Positions 1-10,518 of a stretch of 64,000 nucleotides of DNA are shown in pieces. Below the pieces are notes generated by a model. It was not told the DNA's origin. It did no database searches and saw nothing but the letters and a program-made list of their open reading frames with translations. How positions within the stretch are numbered: the stretch's first letter is position 1; every line of letters begins with the position of its first letter. The stretch covers positions 1 to 64,000 of the forward strand of contig JBOFUV010000130.1 in assembly GCA_051652765.1 (NCBI GenBank), given 5' to 3'. The stretch comes from Microcoleaceae cyanobacterium (GTDB lineage Bacteria > Cyanobacteriota > Cyanobacteriia > Cyanobacteriales > Microcoleaceae). The position numbers and the translations under genes were made by a program.

Positions 1-1
1 G

Positions 2-1459
2 ATGAACCTGATCGGTGTAAACCTTCTGGGCAGCGCCGCGAGGCGAAACCACAAACCGATAGCGACTTGCCAAATCGGGACTTTCTCCCAGCCACAACCC
101 TGTAATGGCAGCACTTTCCGGCAAAGAAAAGTAGTACAGCACCTCTTCATCAAGGTTCGTCCGATTGTCGTACACTTCGTAAACCTCGACATCCGCCCAA
201 TCTCCCTGGGGAGTCACCGTCACCCGCTGTTCCTCTAGCCAGACTCGTTGGGCATTGATATCGTTTAGTCCAGCCTTTGCCGCAGTCCGATCAAAGGTTG
301 AATTCAGCGCCTTTTCAATCGCAGGCAGTTCCGCCCGTTGAATCGGTTGATCAAAGAATTGGGCATAGAGTTCAGACGCTTTTTGTTGATCATCTAGAGC
401 ACTCCCTTGATAAATAAAAGGAGTGGTCACCACGTTGTACAACGCTTGTAACTTGATTCCAACATTACTACTGGAATAGAAAGACCCAGGATAGAGGTAT
501 TGAACTACTTGGTTGTTCTGATCATGGGGATAGCGGTACTGGGAGAGGTAAGCATTCAGTAACCCTTGACGGATGACTCCTGATTGTTTCACTAGCGCCT
601 GCTGTGCTTGAGGGGTCTTCGGCGGCGTTTGCAATAGTTCAAAGGCTTTGACCTGAGGCTGCTGTTGCAACAACAGAACTGCGGCCAATCCAACCGCGAG
701 AATCCCTGCCGCAAATCCCCTAACCTTGGTCTTACCATACCGTTGACCCAAGTGTTGCATCACCTGTCCCCAAGCGCTGTAGTAAGCCGCTGTTATCCCA
801 ATGGGTGCAATTAGGAATCCCAGCACCACCACTCCAACTGGCAACACTATTACAATCAAGTACGGCAACACTACCATTACCGTGATAAAGGCCGGGAAGA
901 AGAAAGCACTGATTGTTAGACCATAGATGGCAAGACCTAGAGCTAGGGTTAGCCCCGTTAAGTGCAACCCATCTGCTAAGGGATTGTTACTGTTCAAGCT
1001 ATTGTTCAAACTATTGTTTAAGGCACTGCTGACATCACTGTCTGAACCACTGATGAACCAATGAACATAAGTAATTGTTCCGAATACCCCGATCAGCAGG
1101 AGTAAACCGCTGGCTGGAGTCAAATCCCGCAACATAAAGAAGCGAATCAAACTAAACAGCAACAACGGCATTTCCACCCCAAAGAACAGGTGTACCAGGG
1201 AGAAAGACGAAGTCCGAACGGATTGGCGTTGCTTTTTCATCACGCCGACCACGCTACAGGCTGTAGGAACTCCTACTAGCCCAACAAACGGCAGGAGGAA
1301 GTTTAGGGGAACATTGCCTGTGATTAAATCTGCGAGAAATCCAATCCCCAAAAACGGCATAAATCCGAGATAGACAATCAACAGTAACGTGCAGTTAAAA
1401 ATCCAGAACAAGATTTTAAACAACAATGTCCATCCGCCAGGTGAATAACCGGTTTGCAT
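2..1459 (-). CDS. PEP-CTERM-system integral membrane protein (TIGR02921-like, VIT domain); partial, 3' end lies beyond the window start
   Basis: Not in the ORF track because there is no stop in the window. ATG at 1459 is 2 nt after the xrtO stop. It reads MQTGYSPGGWTLLFKILFWIFNCTLLLIVYLG... with many TM segments and stays in frame to ...EEVLYYFSLPESAAITGLWLGESPDLASRYRFVVSPRGAAQKVY (VIT-like). This is the typical partner of exosortase O. Confidence 0.85.
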   Translation of the reverse strand, partial: MQTGYSPGGWTLLFKILFWIFNCTLLLIVYLGFMPFLGIGFLADLITGNVPLNFLLPFVGLVGVPTACSVVGVMKKQRQSVRTSSFSLVHLFFGVEMPLLLFSLIRFFMLRDLTPASGLLLLIGVFGTITYVHWFISGSDSDVSSALNNSLNNSLNSNNPLADGLHLTGLTLALGLAIYGLTISAFFFPAFITVMVVLPYLIVIVLPVGVVVLGFLIAPIGITAAYYSAWGQVMQHLGQRYGKTKVRGFAAGILAVGLAAVLLLQQQPQVKAFELLQTPPKTPQAQQALVKQSGVIRQGLLNAYLSQYRYPHDQNNQVVQYLYPGSFYSSSNVGIKLQALYNVVTTPFIYQGSALDDQQKASELYAQFFDQPIQRAELPAIEKALNSTFDRTAAKAGLNDINAQRVWLEEQRVTVTPQGDWADVEVYEVYDNRTNLDEEVLYYFSLPESAAITGLWLGESPDLASRYRFVVSPRGAAQKVYTDQVH

Positions 1460-1461
1460 GA

Positions 1462-3141
1462 TTAAGCCTCGAGAGTTAGGACTGTGGGTTTAAGTCCCTC
1501 TTCCAGCTGAGAAGAGGAATTCAGGGTGGGGGAAGTCTGGGTCAGGTCTGCCAATTGTTCATGAACAGTGGCCAGAAACTGTTGTACTTCTGGTTCATTC
1601 GGTTGATGAGGTTGGTCAAACAGCACCGACACCAATGTCCAGGCTGATTCCTGACGGGTAACCTCTGACCAAATTCGCTGAGTAAAAGCATCCGTTGTGG
1701 AATGGGCAGACTGGAACCAATAGGCAGCGGATCGCGTGCCATCATTCAATGTCAACCAGCGCCCCATGACTTCAGGGGTTAAGGGCTGAGATTCCATGTG
1801 GTTTAATTCATAGCCACTACCGACCAAACACAGTTCCGGGGCATGGTGCGATCGCCAAGTTGAACTCGCCACAAACAACACCGAGCCCGACAGGGTCTTG
1901 AACTGAAATCGCTGTTTTTCAGGGACGACCCCAGGGTACTGGGTAAAAAATGTTTGTTCAGATGGAGACAGGGGAATCGCTTCTGCCTGCATTGGAGCGG
2001 GCCATTCCAAGGCATTCAACGCCGGTAAATCTGAGGCAACCACTGGGGCAGGAGGCAAAAACGCCAATCCAAACAAGCAAACCGCCAACACCCAGAATTG
2101 GAGGGCTAGGGCAGATGAATTCTGTTGTGATCCCCCCGGCGCATCTACAAACAGGGGAACTCTGAACGCCTTGGGTTTGGTTCCCGCCTTTTTAGAGAGG
2201 CCGGGGGGAATCAGAGGAACCCACCGCAACAATCCGTAACTCATGACACAAGCGGTAATAAACCCGATAATTCCTAGGGGAACGTGCAAGATTTCAGCGA
2301 TTTCTGGTTGTTGCAATACTTCAGCCACGATCACCAGAGTTAACACTCGGGTAATATTCGCCAGGATTAACAACCCCAAGTGAATGGTGCCGACAACTAA
2401 CCACCGCAGCCCCAACTGCCGCCGATCCAGCCAAGTTGCCCCCAGGAAGAACAGTGTGCCAATCCACAGGCTTTTCAACCCGCTACAGGGCAGTTCTACT
2501 TGGGCGATGCCCGTGTCCAGAACGATAATATCTTCAGAAGAAAGGGCCGCAATGTTTAACTGGCTTAGAATGTGCTCCACGACCTCCGCCGTCAGAATTC
2601 TGGCGGGGAACCCCAGGTTTGTCGAAAATTCAATCCCAAAGGGAATCAGGCAACTGAGGGCGATCGCAATTGGTAATCCTCGGTTCCAAAGGTTCGGTTG
2701 TAGCCATAACCCAATTAATCCGTAGGAACCCAGCAAAAACAGCAGGGCTGGAATTTGTTCTAGGGTCACGAACCATTGACAGATCAGGCTGAAGGTTCCA
2801 CAACCCAGGATTAGGCCCAAGGGCAGGGGGCGCATCTCCGGTTGCCAAAAGGTTTGCAGGTGTGCCTGATACTGTTCTTGATATCGATGCAAAAAAAAGA
2901 GCAGGACGCTTCCTACTCCGACTAGCACGAATCCATGCAAAACAGAAACCTTGGGCAAGGCTTGCAGGAACCATTGTCCAGCCGATCGATTTAACACAAG
3001 CCAGCTCAGGATCAATACACCGCAACTCAAGCTCATGATCCAAGCTTGGGTTCTGGGTCTAGCCCCAAGATGAATCAGACGAACATCACTTGTCATAAGA
3101 TTTACTTTGATTAAGCTGGTTCTCAAAACGGGTTTACTCAA
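1462..3141 (-). CDS. xrtO: Exosortase O (PEP-CTERM protein-sorting transpeptidase); true start may be ATG 3096 or later
   Basis: Multi-TM protein with the exosortase Cys/Arg/His motifs VELPCSGLKSL, ANITRV and EILHVPLG. It has a C-terminal EpsI-like segment (WRSHHAPELCLVGSG) and sits next to a TIGR02921-like gene. Confidence 0.85.
   Translation of the reverse strand: MSKPVLRTSLIKVNLMTSDVRLIHLGARPRTQAWIMSLSCGVLILSWLVLNRSAGQWFLQALPKVSVLHGFVLVGVGSVLLFFLHRYQEQYQAHLQTFWQPEMRPLPLGLILGCGTFSLICQWFVTLEQIPALLFLLGSYGLIGLWLQPNLWNRGLPIAIALSCLIPFGIEFSTNLGFPARILTAEVVEHILSQLNIAALSSEDIIVLDTGIAQVELPCSGLKSLWIGTLFFLGATWLDRRQLGLRWLVVGTIHLGLLILANITRVLTLVIVAEVLQQPEIAEILHVPLGIIGFITACVMSYGLLRWVPLIPPGLSKKAGTKPKAFRVPLFVDAPGGSQQNSSALALQFWVLAVCLFGLAFLPPAPVVASDLPALNALEWPAPMQAEAIPLSPSEQTFFTQYPGVVPEKQRFQFKTLSGSVLFVASSTWRSHHAPELCLVGSGYELNHMESQPLTPEVMGRWLTLNDGTRSAAYWFQSAHSTTDAFTQRIWSEVTRQESAWTLVSVLFDQPHQPNEPEVQQFLATVHEQLADLTQTSPTLNSSSQLEEGLKPTVLTLEA
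2128..2213. repeat. Palindromic cyanobacterial dispersed repeat inserted in frame in xrtO
   Basis: TGATCCCCCCGGC (2128-2140) pairs with GCCGGGGGGAATCA (2200-2213), and inner GGGAAC pairs with GTTCCC. It encodes IPPGLSKKAGTKPKAFRVPLFVDAPGGS. Confidence 0.7.
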
Positions 3142-3367
3142 ACTCCAATGCCAATGGGTTCAATTCCGGAGGGATTCAGCCCCAAATTGCAGACCAGACT
3201 TGATAAATACCGACTAGCTACCACAAATTAAATGATGTTTCTCGGCTTGTGACTTTATGGGTTGAAGGATTTGAAAGATTCAAATGATGGCGTTCTCAAG
3301 CTCAATGCAGAGGACGTACAAGAGATTTCATCATCTGTCTAAACCAATATCAGCATCTCACGCCTCA

Positions 3368-3510
3368 TCATTGAACAGAGAATGGAAAACCCAAACGATC
3401 TACTGCTAGTCGCAGGGGTTCAATCATGTCCCACTCTTTGTCTGTCAAGCTGCTTGTATACTTCATTTTTTCAGTCTTGCTTCTCTAGCCAACATCCCAA
3501 ATGGGTTCTA
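3368..3510 (-). mobile_element. IS5-family (IS1031-like) remnant: left end plus internally deleted transposase fragment
   Basis: The minus strand reads TAGAACCCATTTGGGATG (IS-end-like), then a mini-ORF at 3466-3368, MKYTSSLTDKEWDMIEPL-RLAVDRLGFPFSVQ*. This joins the IS5 N-terminal YxSxLTDxEWxxIEPL motif to a LAVDxLGFPF segment from the DDE region. Confidence 0.65.
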
Positions 3511-3552
3511 TACTTTCCTTGTCACTCGTTCAGGATCTGAACAGCGTTTCCC

Positions 3553-3891
3553 ATGACCTTTGATCGACAGGAGTTTGAACAGGCGTTATCAGAGTTGGAG
3601 CGATCGCTGCTGACCTTAAAAGAACGCTATGCTCAGGTTCAGCAGGATCACCAGCGCCAAGCCGAATTAAAGTCTCGAATTGAGGTCATCAACCCTGAGT
3701 TGCAGCGTAGCCGTTCCCAAGCTTTGCGAGAGGAGCTGCGGCAACTAGAGGCTGAACTTGAAACCCTGGAACTGAACCTAGAGAGTCATCTATTTACCTG
3801 GAGCAGCTTAAAAGAACCCTTTTGGCAAGCCGTGCGTTTTGGTGGGTTAGGGGTTGTGATTGGTTGGCTCCTAAGGCTTTGGGCTGCCTAG
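3553..3891 (+). CDS. Conserved cyanobacterial coiled-coil protein with C-terminal TM helix
   Basis: Heptad-rich body ending in FWQAVRFGGLGVVIGWLL. Confidence 0.75.
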   Translation: MTFDRQEFEQALSELERSLLTLKERYAQVQQDHQRQAELKSRIEVINPELQRSRSQALREELRQLEAELETLELNLESHLFTWSSLKEPFWQAVRFGGLGVVIGWLLRLWAA

Positions 3892-4054
3892 AGCCTGATC
3901 CTTCGTCAAGACCAGTTTCAGATTGACTTTCAAATTACAAGTCTCCGTTTTGTGGTAAATCTTTAGGGTGAATCTCTAGAGAGTTCATCAAACTTTAAAT
4001 TGAACTGGTAAATTGAACTGGTAAATTAAACTGGGTTGAACCAGAGAGGGCGTT

Positions 4055-4999
4055 ATGTCAGGCAATGAGCTACAGGCAGACTTTTGGATCACGGAATATA
4101 TTACGCCTTGGGACATCTATGCCCACGGGATTACTCAGGTGCTGGCGTATCAGAAAACGGCCTTTCAGGAGATGTACATTGTTGAAACTGGGGTCTATGG
4201 CAAGGCATTAGTCCTGGATGGCAAATGGCAATCTTGCACAGGAGACGAGTTTCTCTATCATGAACCCTTGGTTCATCCAGCCCTGGTTTGTCATGGCGCT
4301 CCTCGGAATGTCTTGGTATTGGGAGGGGGTGAAGGGGCTACCATTCGCGAGGTTTTGCGCTGGACAACTGTAGAACAAGTTGTCATGGTTGACATCGACG
4401 GTGAGGTTGTGGAGGCGTGCCGGAAACACTTACCTGAAATGCACCAAAATGCATTTGATGATCCGCGACTACAACTGGTGATTGGGGATGCCCTGGAATT
4501 TCTAGATACCACTCAGCAGGAATGGGATGTAGTCATTTCTGATCTTTCTGATCCCATTGAAGAAGGGCCATCCTTCAAGCTGTTCACAAAAGAATATTTT
4601 GAGCAAATTAAACAGGTGCTTTCACCAAACGGTTTTTTTGTGATTCAGGCGGGGCCGGTGTCGATTGGGAGCATGGCGTTACATGTCCGTTTGGCAAATA
4701 CAGTTAAGGCCGTGTTTCCCAATGTTGTTTCCTTGAGTAGTTATACCTCAACCTATGGCGCGCCTTGGGGGTTTGCCCTCGCCTCCACTCAAGCGATTAA
4801 CACCCACCCTGAACCTGCAAAAGTTGATCAATTGCTGGCTGAGAAAACGACCGGAAACTTCCGGATGTTCGATGGCACAACGTTCCTAGGACTGTTGCAA
4901 ACTCCCCTATATTTGCGACGGGCGATCGAAGCTGAGACTCAAATCTATACCCTGGCTGAACCCCCTAAGTTCTTTGGCAAGGGCGCAGGCGTTAGCTAG
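4055..4999 (+). CDS. speE: Polyamine aminopropyltransferase (spermidine synthase family)
   Basis: Motifs GKALVLDG, YHEPLVHP, VLVLGGGEGATIRE, VDIDGEVV and DVVISDLSDP. Confidence 0.93.
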   Translation: MSGNELQADFWITEYITPWDIYAHGITQVLAYQKTAFQEMYIVETGVYGKALVLDGKWQSCTGDEFLYHEPLVHPALVCHGAPRNVLVLGGGEGATIREVLRWTTVEQVVMVDIDGEVVEACRKHLPEMHQNAFDDPRLQLVIGDALEFLDTTQQEWDVVISDLSDPIEEGPSFKLFTKEYFEQIKQVLSPNGFFVIQAGPVSIGSMALHVRLANTVKAVFPNVVSLSSYTSTYGAPWGFALASTQAINTHPEPAKVDQLLAEKTTGNFRMFDGTTFLGLLQTPLYLRRAIEAETQIYTLAEPPKFFGKGAGVS

Positions 5000-5050
5000 G
5001 CAAACCATCGAACCAATCGGGGATTGGCTTGTAAAACTTGATGGGGTTAA

Positions 5051-5105
5051 TGTAGGTTGGGTTTTACTTCGTACTGCTCCGCAGAAGCCAGCTACCCAAC
5101 CTACA
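5051..5105. repeat. GTAG-family REP-like inverted repeat between convergent speE and ispG
   Basis: Perfect 12-bp inverted repeat TGTAGGTTGGGT (5051-5062) / ACCCAACCTACA (5094-5105). Confidence 0.7.
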
Positions 5106-5165
5106 ACATTACAAAATTATCCAGACAGACCACTACAAACCACTTGCTCCCTGAGGCAATTTTTA

Positions 5166-6398
5166 CTAGGCAAGAGACTCCGGATCAAACCAACGCCCAT
5201 CCCCTTTGATCAGGTTAATCAGTTCAATAACACCTTGATCTTCTGGAACTTTTTTGATTTCGTCTCGACCCCGGTAGAGGGAGATGTAGCCGGGTTGTTT
5301 GCCGACATAACCATAATCAGCATCGGCCATTTCACCAGGGCCATTCACGATACAGCCCATGACAGCAATATCCAACCCGGTCAAGTGGTGGGTGGCTTCC
5401 CGAACTTTGTGCAGGACTTCCTCCAGGTTAAATAATGTCCGACCGCAGGAAGGACAGGCAACATATTCCACCATGGTTTTCCGCAGTCCCAGAGCTTGCA
5501 AAATGCTATAGCAGACTGGAATTTCTTTCTCAGGAGCTTCCGTCAGGGAAACCCGAATGGTATCCCCAATGCCGTCTGCCAAAAGTGTTGCAATCCCTGC
5601 TGTAGACTTGATCCGACCGTATTCTCCATCCCCAGCTTCTGTCACCCCCAAATGTAAGGGATATTCCATGCCCAGTTCATCCATGCGCTTGGCCATCAAG
5701 CGATAGGCTGCCAACATTACTGGAACCCTGGAGGCTTTCAGGGAAATCACAATGTTGTAATAATCAAGGGATTCACAGATGCGAATAAATTCCAGGGCAG
5801 ACTCTACCATGCCCTCCGGAGTATCGCCGTAGGTAAACAGCATTCGCTCTGCCAAAGACCCATGATTCACTCCAATTCGCATTGCCTTCCCTTGATCCCG
5901 CAAAGACACAATCAGGGGCTTCAGAGTGTCGCGAATTTTATCCCCGATTTCGGCAAATTCTGAATCCGAGTATTCGGTGCGATCGCTCTTGGGTTTCTCA
6001 AACACATAAAGTCCAGGGTTCACTCGAACTTTATCCACATGTCGAGCCACTTCCAGGGCAATCTTCATGCCATTGTGATGCACATCTGCCACTAGGGGAA
6101 CAGGTTGGTAAGTGGCTTCAAGCTTTTCCCTGATCTCTTTAACGGCTTTAGCGTGACCCACGCTAGGAACAGTTACTCGCACAATCTCACATCCAATTTC
6201 ATGCAAACGACGAATTGCTGCCACGGCCCCAGCTAAATCCATCGTATCTTCGTTGATCATAGACTGTACAGCGACAGGGTGATTCCCCCCAATCGTAACG
6301 CTGCCGACGTGTACAGGCCGAGTTTTGCGGCGGTGGATCACGGTATCGACAGGAGCCTCACTGGGCAAAGATTGAGTGGGAAGAGGTAGAGTTTGCAT
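5166..6398 (-). CDS. ispG: (E)-4-hydroxy-3-methylbut-2-enyl-diphosphate synthase
   Basis: Motifs [45 protein letters not shown] and [10 protein letters not shown]. Confidence 0.97.
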   Translation of the reverse strand: MQTLPLPTQSLPSEAPVDTVIHRRKTRPVHVGSVTIGGNHPVAVQSMINEDTMDLAGAVAAIRRLHEIGCEIVRVTVPSVGHAKAVKEIREKLEATYQPVPLVADVHHNGMKIALEVARHVDKVRVNPGLYVFEKPKSDRTEYSDSEFAEIGDKIRDTLKPLIVSLRDQGKAMRIGVNHGSLAERMLFTYGDTPEGMVESALEFIRICESLDYYNIVISLKASRVPVMLAAYRLMAKRMDELGMEYPLHLGVTEAGDGEYGRIKSTAGIATLLADGIGDTIRVSLTEAPEKEIPVCYSILQALGLRKTMVEYVACPSCGRTLFNLEEVLHKVREATHHLTGLDIAVMGCIVNGPGEMADADYGYVGKQPGYISLYRGRDEIKKVPEDQGVIELINLIKGDGRWFDPESLA

Positions 6399-6883
6399 AT
6401 CAGGGAAGTTAGTAACTGTAGCAAATACTTAACGGTGTTTTCCTACTCACTAGATTGCCACAAAACTGGCCATTTTGGGTGATTTTCTGACAGTAGAACT
6501 GTTATAGACAGGGTAAAGCCATTCTGGAATTCCAGAAATTTGTGAACGAGATCCTGAAGAAATCTGGAACTGTTCCTAAGCCTCTAGGGTATTGAAGTAC
6601 GGCGGCTTTTAAACAGCTGCTTTTAAATTGCAGTTTTGAAGGCAATTTTGACAGTCTAGCTTTTTCTGTTAACAAATAAGGATTCAGTGTGTTCTTCAAC
6701 TCAACAAAAATCAGAAAATTTGAACAATTGCGAATCATCTTTGATTGCAAACAAATGTTGCAACTTTAAAATATCAAGTCTCTACTTTTTTTTAAATGAA
6801 TTATAATGAAGGTGTAGGACGCAGAGAGTTCAAACTCACACTAAAATTCACACATTTAACTAGAAAAGAGAGGTGAAACAGAT

Positions 6884-7036
6884 ATGAGTAATCTCTTCCA
6901 ATCTGTCGAAAAGGCTGTTGTTTATATCTATGAAGGGTTTGCAAGAATTTTCAGCCCTGATACGGATGTCTACCCAACCATCGGAGTTCATCCATTTGAA
7001 GGAACTCCTTCTAAGGATTCTAAATGGAAGGATTAG
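6884..7036 (+). CDS. atpT: 50-aa small protein, probable ATP synthase inhibitor AtpTheta (Norf1) family
   Basis: MSNLFQSVEKAVVYIYEGFARIFSPDTDVYPTIGVHPFEGTPSKDSKWKD*. It has a GAGAGGTG RBS, TATAAT at 6802-6807 and a downstream terminator. The motif RIFSP..D.YP..GV.PF.G is recalled from this family. Confidence 0.7.
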   Translation: MSNLFQSVEKAVVYIYEGFARIFSPDTDVYPTIGVHPFEGTPSKDSKWKD

Positions 7037-7098
7037 TTTAGAAGCAATTCAACCATTGACTATCAATTGCGAGAATACAACTTAGCTTGAATTTCGTG

Positions 7099-7130
7099 AA
7101 CCTCCTGAACATTCAGGGGGTTTGTTGTTC
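7099..7130 (+). terminator. Intrinsic terminator after the small ORF
   Basis: AACCTCCTGAA-CA-TTCAGGGGGTT hairpin followed by a T-rich tail. Confidence 0.6.
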
Positions 7131-7280
7131 TGTAACTTTGTAAGTCTGTAAGGTTGTATCAATCTGTCTTATCAATCTATCTTATCAATCTGTAAATTTT
7201 ATAAAGTTCATACTGATGTTTCAGATGTTCAAGAAATGCAGTGCTATGCTTGTGCCCAGACCTTTACACACGATTAAACG

Positions 7281-7703
7281 ATGGCCATTTCTTCCAACGT
7301 GTTCGCCAGTCTCCTTGTGTTAGCAACTCCCTTTTCTGCTCCAGAGCCATCTGCCCCTCAGCGCCAGTACTTGGCTCAAAATCCCCTGCTCCCAGCGCCT
7401 GAGGTCATGATTGACACAGTATTTCGGTCTCAGCGGAGTTTGCCCTTGCCCCCCCGCATTCAACGAATGGTGCAAACTTTGAAGGAATTGCCCTCTGTTT
7501 TGGGAACCTATCAGGGCGTTCAGAAGATTGACAGCAGCAAGTACACGGCCAACTTTGAGCGTGGCTCTGTGCCTGTAGCCTTTACTTTTCACAATGATGG
7601 GCGAGTCAGAACGGTTGGTGTCAGTTGCCCTGAGACCAGCCCTGAAAACTGGCAGGGAGCCTCTCAAAACCTAAAGCAGTTATTTGCGACCTGCATTGAA
7701 TAA
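7281..7703 (+). CDS. Hypothetical secreted protein
   Basis: 140 aa with a signal-peptide-like N-terminus and a cyanobacterial 'LAQ' cleavage-type motif. Confidence 0.65.
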   Translation: MAISSNVFASLLVLATPFSAPEPSAPQRQYLAQNPLLPAPEVMIDTVFRSQRSLPLPPRIQRMVQTLKELPSVLGTYQGVQKIDSSKYTANFERGSVPVAFTFHNDGRVRTVGVSCPETSPENWQGASQNLKQLFATCIE

Positions 7704-7770
7704 GGCTGATTTCTGTTACAGATTTCTTTAGTGGTGAGGGTTCTTGGTACTTGAACGTTCAAATTTTTGT

Positions 7771-7797
7771 TAAAGGGCGAGCTTACCTCGCCCCTAC
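7771..7797 (-). repeat. GTAG-family REP-like hairpin
   Basis: The minus strand reads GTAGGGGCGAGGTAAGCTCGCCCTTTA: a GTAG foot followed by a GGGCGAG/CTCGCCC stem. It lies between convergent genes. Confidence 0.65.
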
Positions 7798-7832
7798 CCT
7801 ACCAAACTTCAGAATTACCCTAACAGGTCAAC

Positions 7833-7855
7833 AAAAAACAGCCCGATTGGGCTGC
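7833..7855 (-). terminator. Intrinsic terminator downstream of psb35
   Basis: CAGCCC-AATC-GGGCTG followed by TTTTTT on the minus strand. Confidence 0.65.
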
Positions 7856-7928
7856 TGAAAGGAGAGTGTTGAATTTTGCGAAACTTTAGAAATCAGAACC
7901 GTCAAAATTAGGTAACCTACTTCGGCGA

Positions 7929-8153
7929 CTAGAAGCCACCTTTGGTATAAGCATCTAAACCATAAGCAGGAGTACGAACGCTATAGTCTGTCTGTGTTCC
8001 AGTAACAGACTGAGCGAGCTGTTCAAAACCTTCACTGTTCCAATTGCGTTGATGGATTGGCTTGGATTGTTCACCTCGAAAATAAGCCATTGTTCCAATT
8101 ACTGCCGCAGCAACCCAGCCTGTAACGAGTAGGGCGATTACTAGAATAAGCAT
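7929..8153 (-). CDS. psb35: Photosystem II assembly protein Psb35-like small membrane protein
   Basis: Single N-terminal TM helix GWVAAAVIGTMAYFRGEQSKPIHQRNW, with an AAGGAG RBS. Confidence 0.7.
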   Translation of the reverse strand: MLILVIALLVTGWVAAAVIGTMAYFRGEQSKPIHQRNWNSEGFEQLAQSVTGTQTDYSVRTPAYGLDAYTKGGF

Positions 8154-8175
8154 TTATTGATCTCCTTCTTTGACT

Positions 8176-8203
8176 TTTGTTAACTCTTGTTAATTAATGT
8201 AAC
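8176..8203 (-). promoter_or_regulatory. HLR1-like (RpaB) direct repeat upstream of psb35
   Basis: GTTACATT-AA-TTAACAAG-AG-TTAACAAA: three octamers at a 10-bp period. Confidence 0.65.
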
Positions 8204-8304
8204 AAAGTCTTGCCAATCTTGTCAAGATAATTTACGTCTTAGCCAAATTAAACGTTGCACTTTTCAAGGGCAACTTAAATGCATATGGCTTTTGCCTGAA
8301 AAAT

Positions 8305-8338
8305 AAATCGCTCCTGCTGTCTTTAGCAGGAGCGATTT
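8305..8338 (-). terminator. Intrinsic terminator downstream of petH
   Basis: 14-bp perfect stem AAATCGCTCCTGCT / AGCAGGAGCGATTT with a T-run on the minus strand. Confidence 0.75.
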
Positions 8339-8420
8339 AAATAACCCGTCTTAATTCTTGAGTTAAGGCACTGACGGTAATCAGCGCATCAGCAAAAGCA
8401 ATCAGAGGCTTTACTAGAAA

Positions 8421-9638
<1,218 letters not shown>

Positions 9639-9804
9639 TTACACAATACCGATCACCCCACCTTTCAGAATGTAACCTAATGATCGGTTTAAGGCATTCT
9701 TAAGGTGTGATTTTGAAAGTAACGCGATCCATCAGCTTTACTTAAACCATTCTACAGCTTAGCGCCTTGGACTCATAGGTTGGCCAGCGGAAGTTAATCA
9801 ATCC

Positions 9805-10380
9805 TTAAAAAGCAGAACCGGGCTGTTGTAGAAAGTCCAACTCTTCTGGAGTACTGACTCGACCCAAAATCTGATTGCGATGGGGAAATCGCCCAAACCG
9901 TTGAATCACTTCAAGGTGTCGAACAGCGTAGTCAATATAGGATTCAAGGTCTGGATATTCACCCAACTGCCGAAAGAGCGCCGCAGATTGACGCTGATCG
10001 GCCAGGGTTTCACTGTGCTCCAGAGGCAAGTAAAAAAATGCCCGTTGAGTCGGGGGAAAATGCTGATCAAACCCCTGCTCAATGGCAAATTTGGCGGTAG
10101 TTAATGCCTTGTAGTCTGTGGCAAAGGCTTGGGGCTGACCCCGAAATAAATTGCGGGGAAATTGATCCAATAGTAAAACCAGGGCAAGACAGCTTTGAGG
10201 CTGATGCTGCCAACCATACCATTGTCCTTGGGCCGCCAATTCGTAATCGGCAAGAAAGCGATCGCGAATTTCCCTATCAAACTCGAAACTTTTAGTAAAC
10301 CAAACCTTTCGAATTTTGCCAAATTCTTCAGATTCAGGATGACCAAACCAAAAAGTCAAAATTTCCGCAAAACTAGCCAT
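9805..10380 (-). CDS. DUF924 family protein
   Basis: Motifs EILTFWF, LLLDQFPRN, FFYLPLEHSE and RFGRFPHRNQILGR. Start placed at ATG 10380. Confidence 0.9.
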   Translation of the reverse strand: MASFAEILTFWFGHPESEEFGKIRKVWFTKSFEFDREIRDRFLADYELAAQGQWYGWQHQPQSCLALVLLLDQFPRNLFRGQPQAFATDYKALTTAKFAIEQGFDQHFPPTQRAFFYLPLEHSETLADQRQSAALFRQLGEYPDLESYIDYAVRHLEVIQRFGRFPHRNQILGRVSTPEELDFLQQPGSAF

Positions 10381-10518
10381 GTTGTATTGCAATCCTAAAT
10401 TATTTCCGACTTCATCCCATAGCAGAAAAAGTGGAACCTTAGTATAACGGTACAACACGCCAATCGGTTACTCCAGAAACAGATCAGACCCATGGGAACA
10501 AATCAAAGCTGCTAAAAA

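Noticed and set aside
6502..6750. 82-aa ORF upstream of ispG (and 24220-24420)
   Set aside because: AT-rich promoter or repeat DNA with a non-ATG start and no motif.
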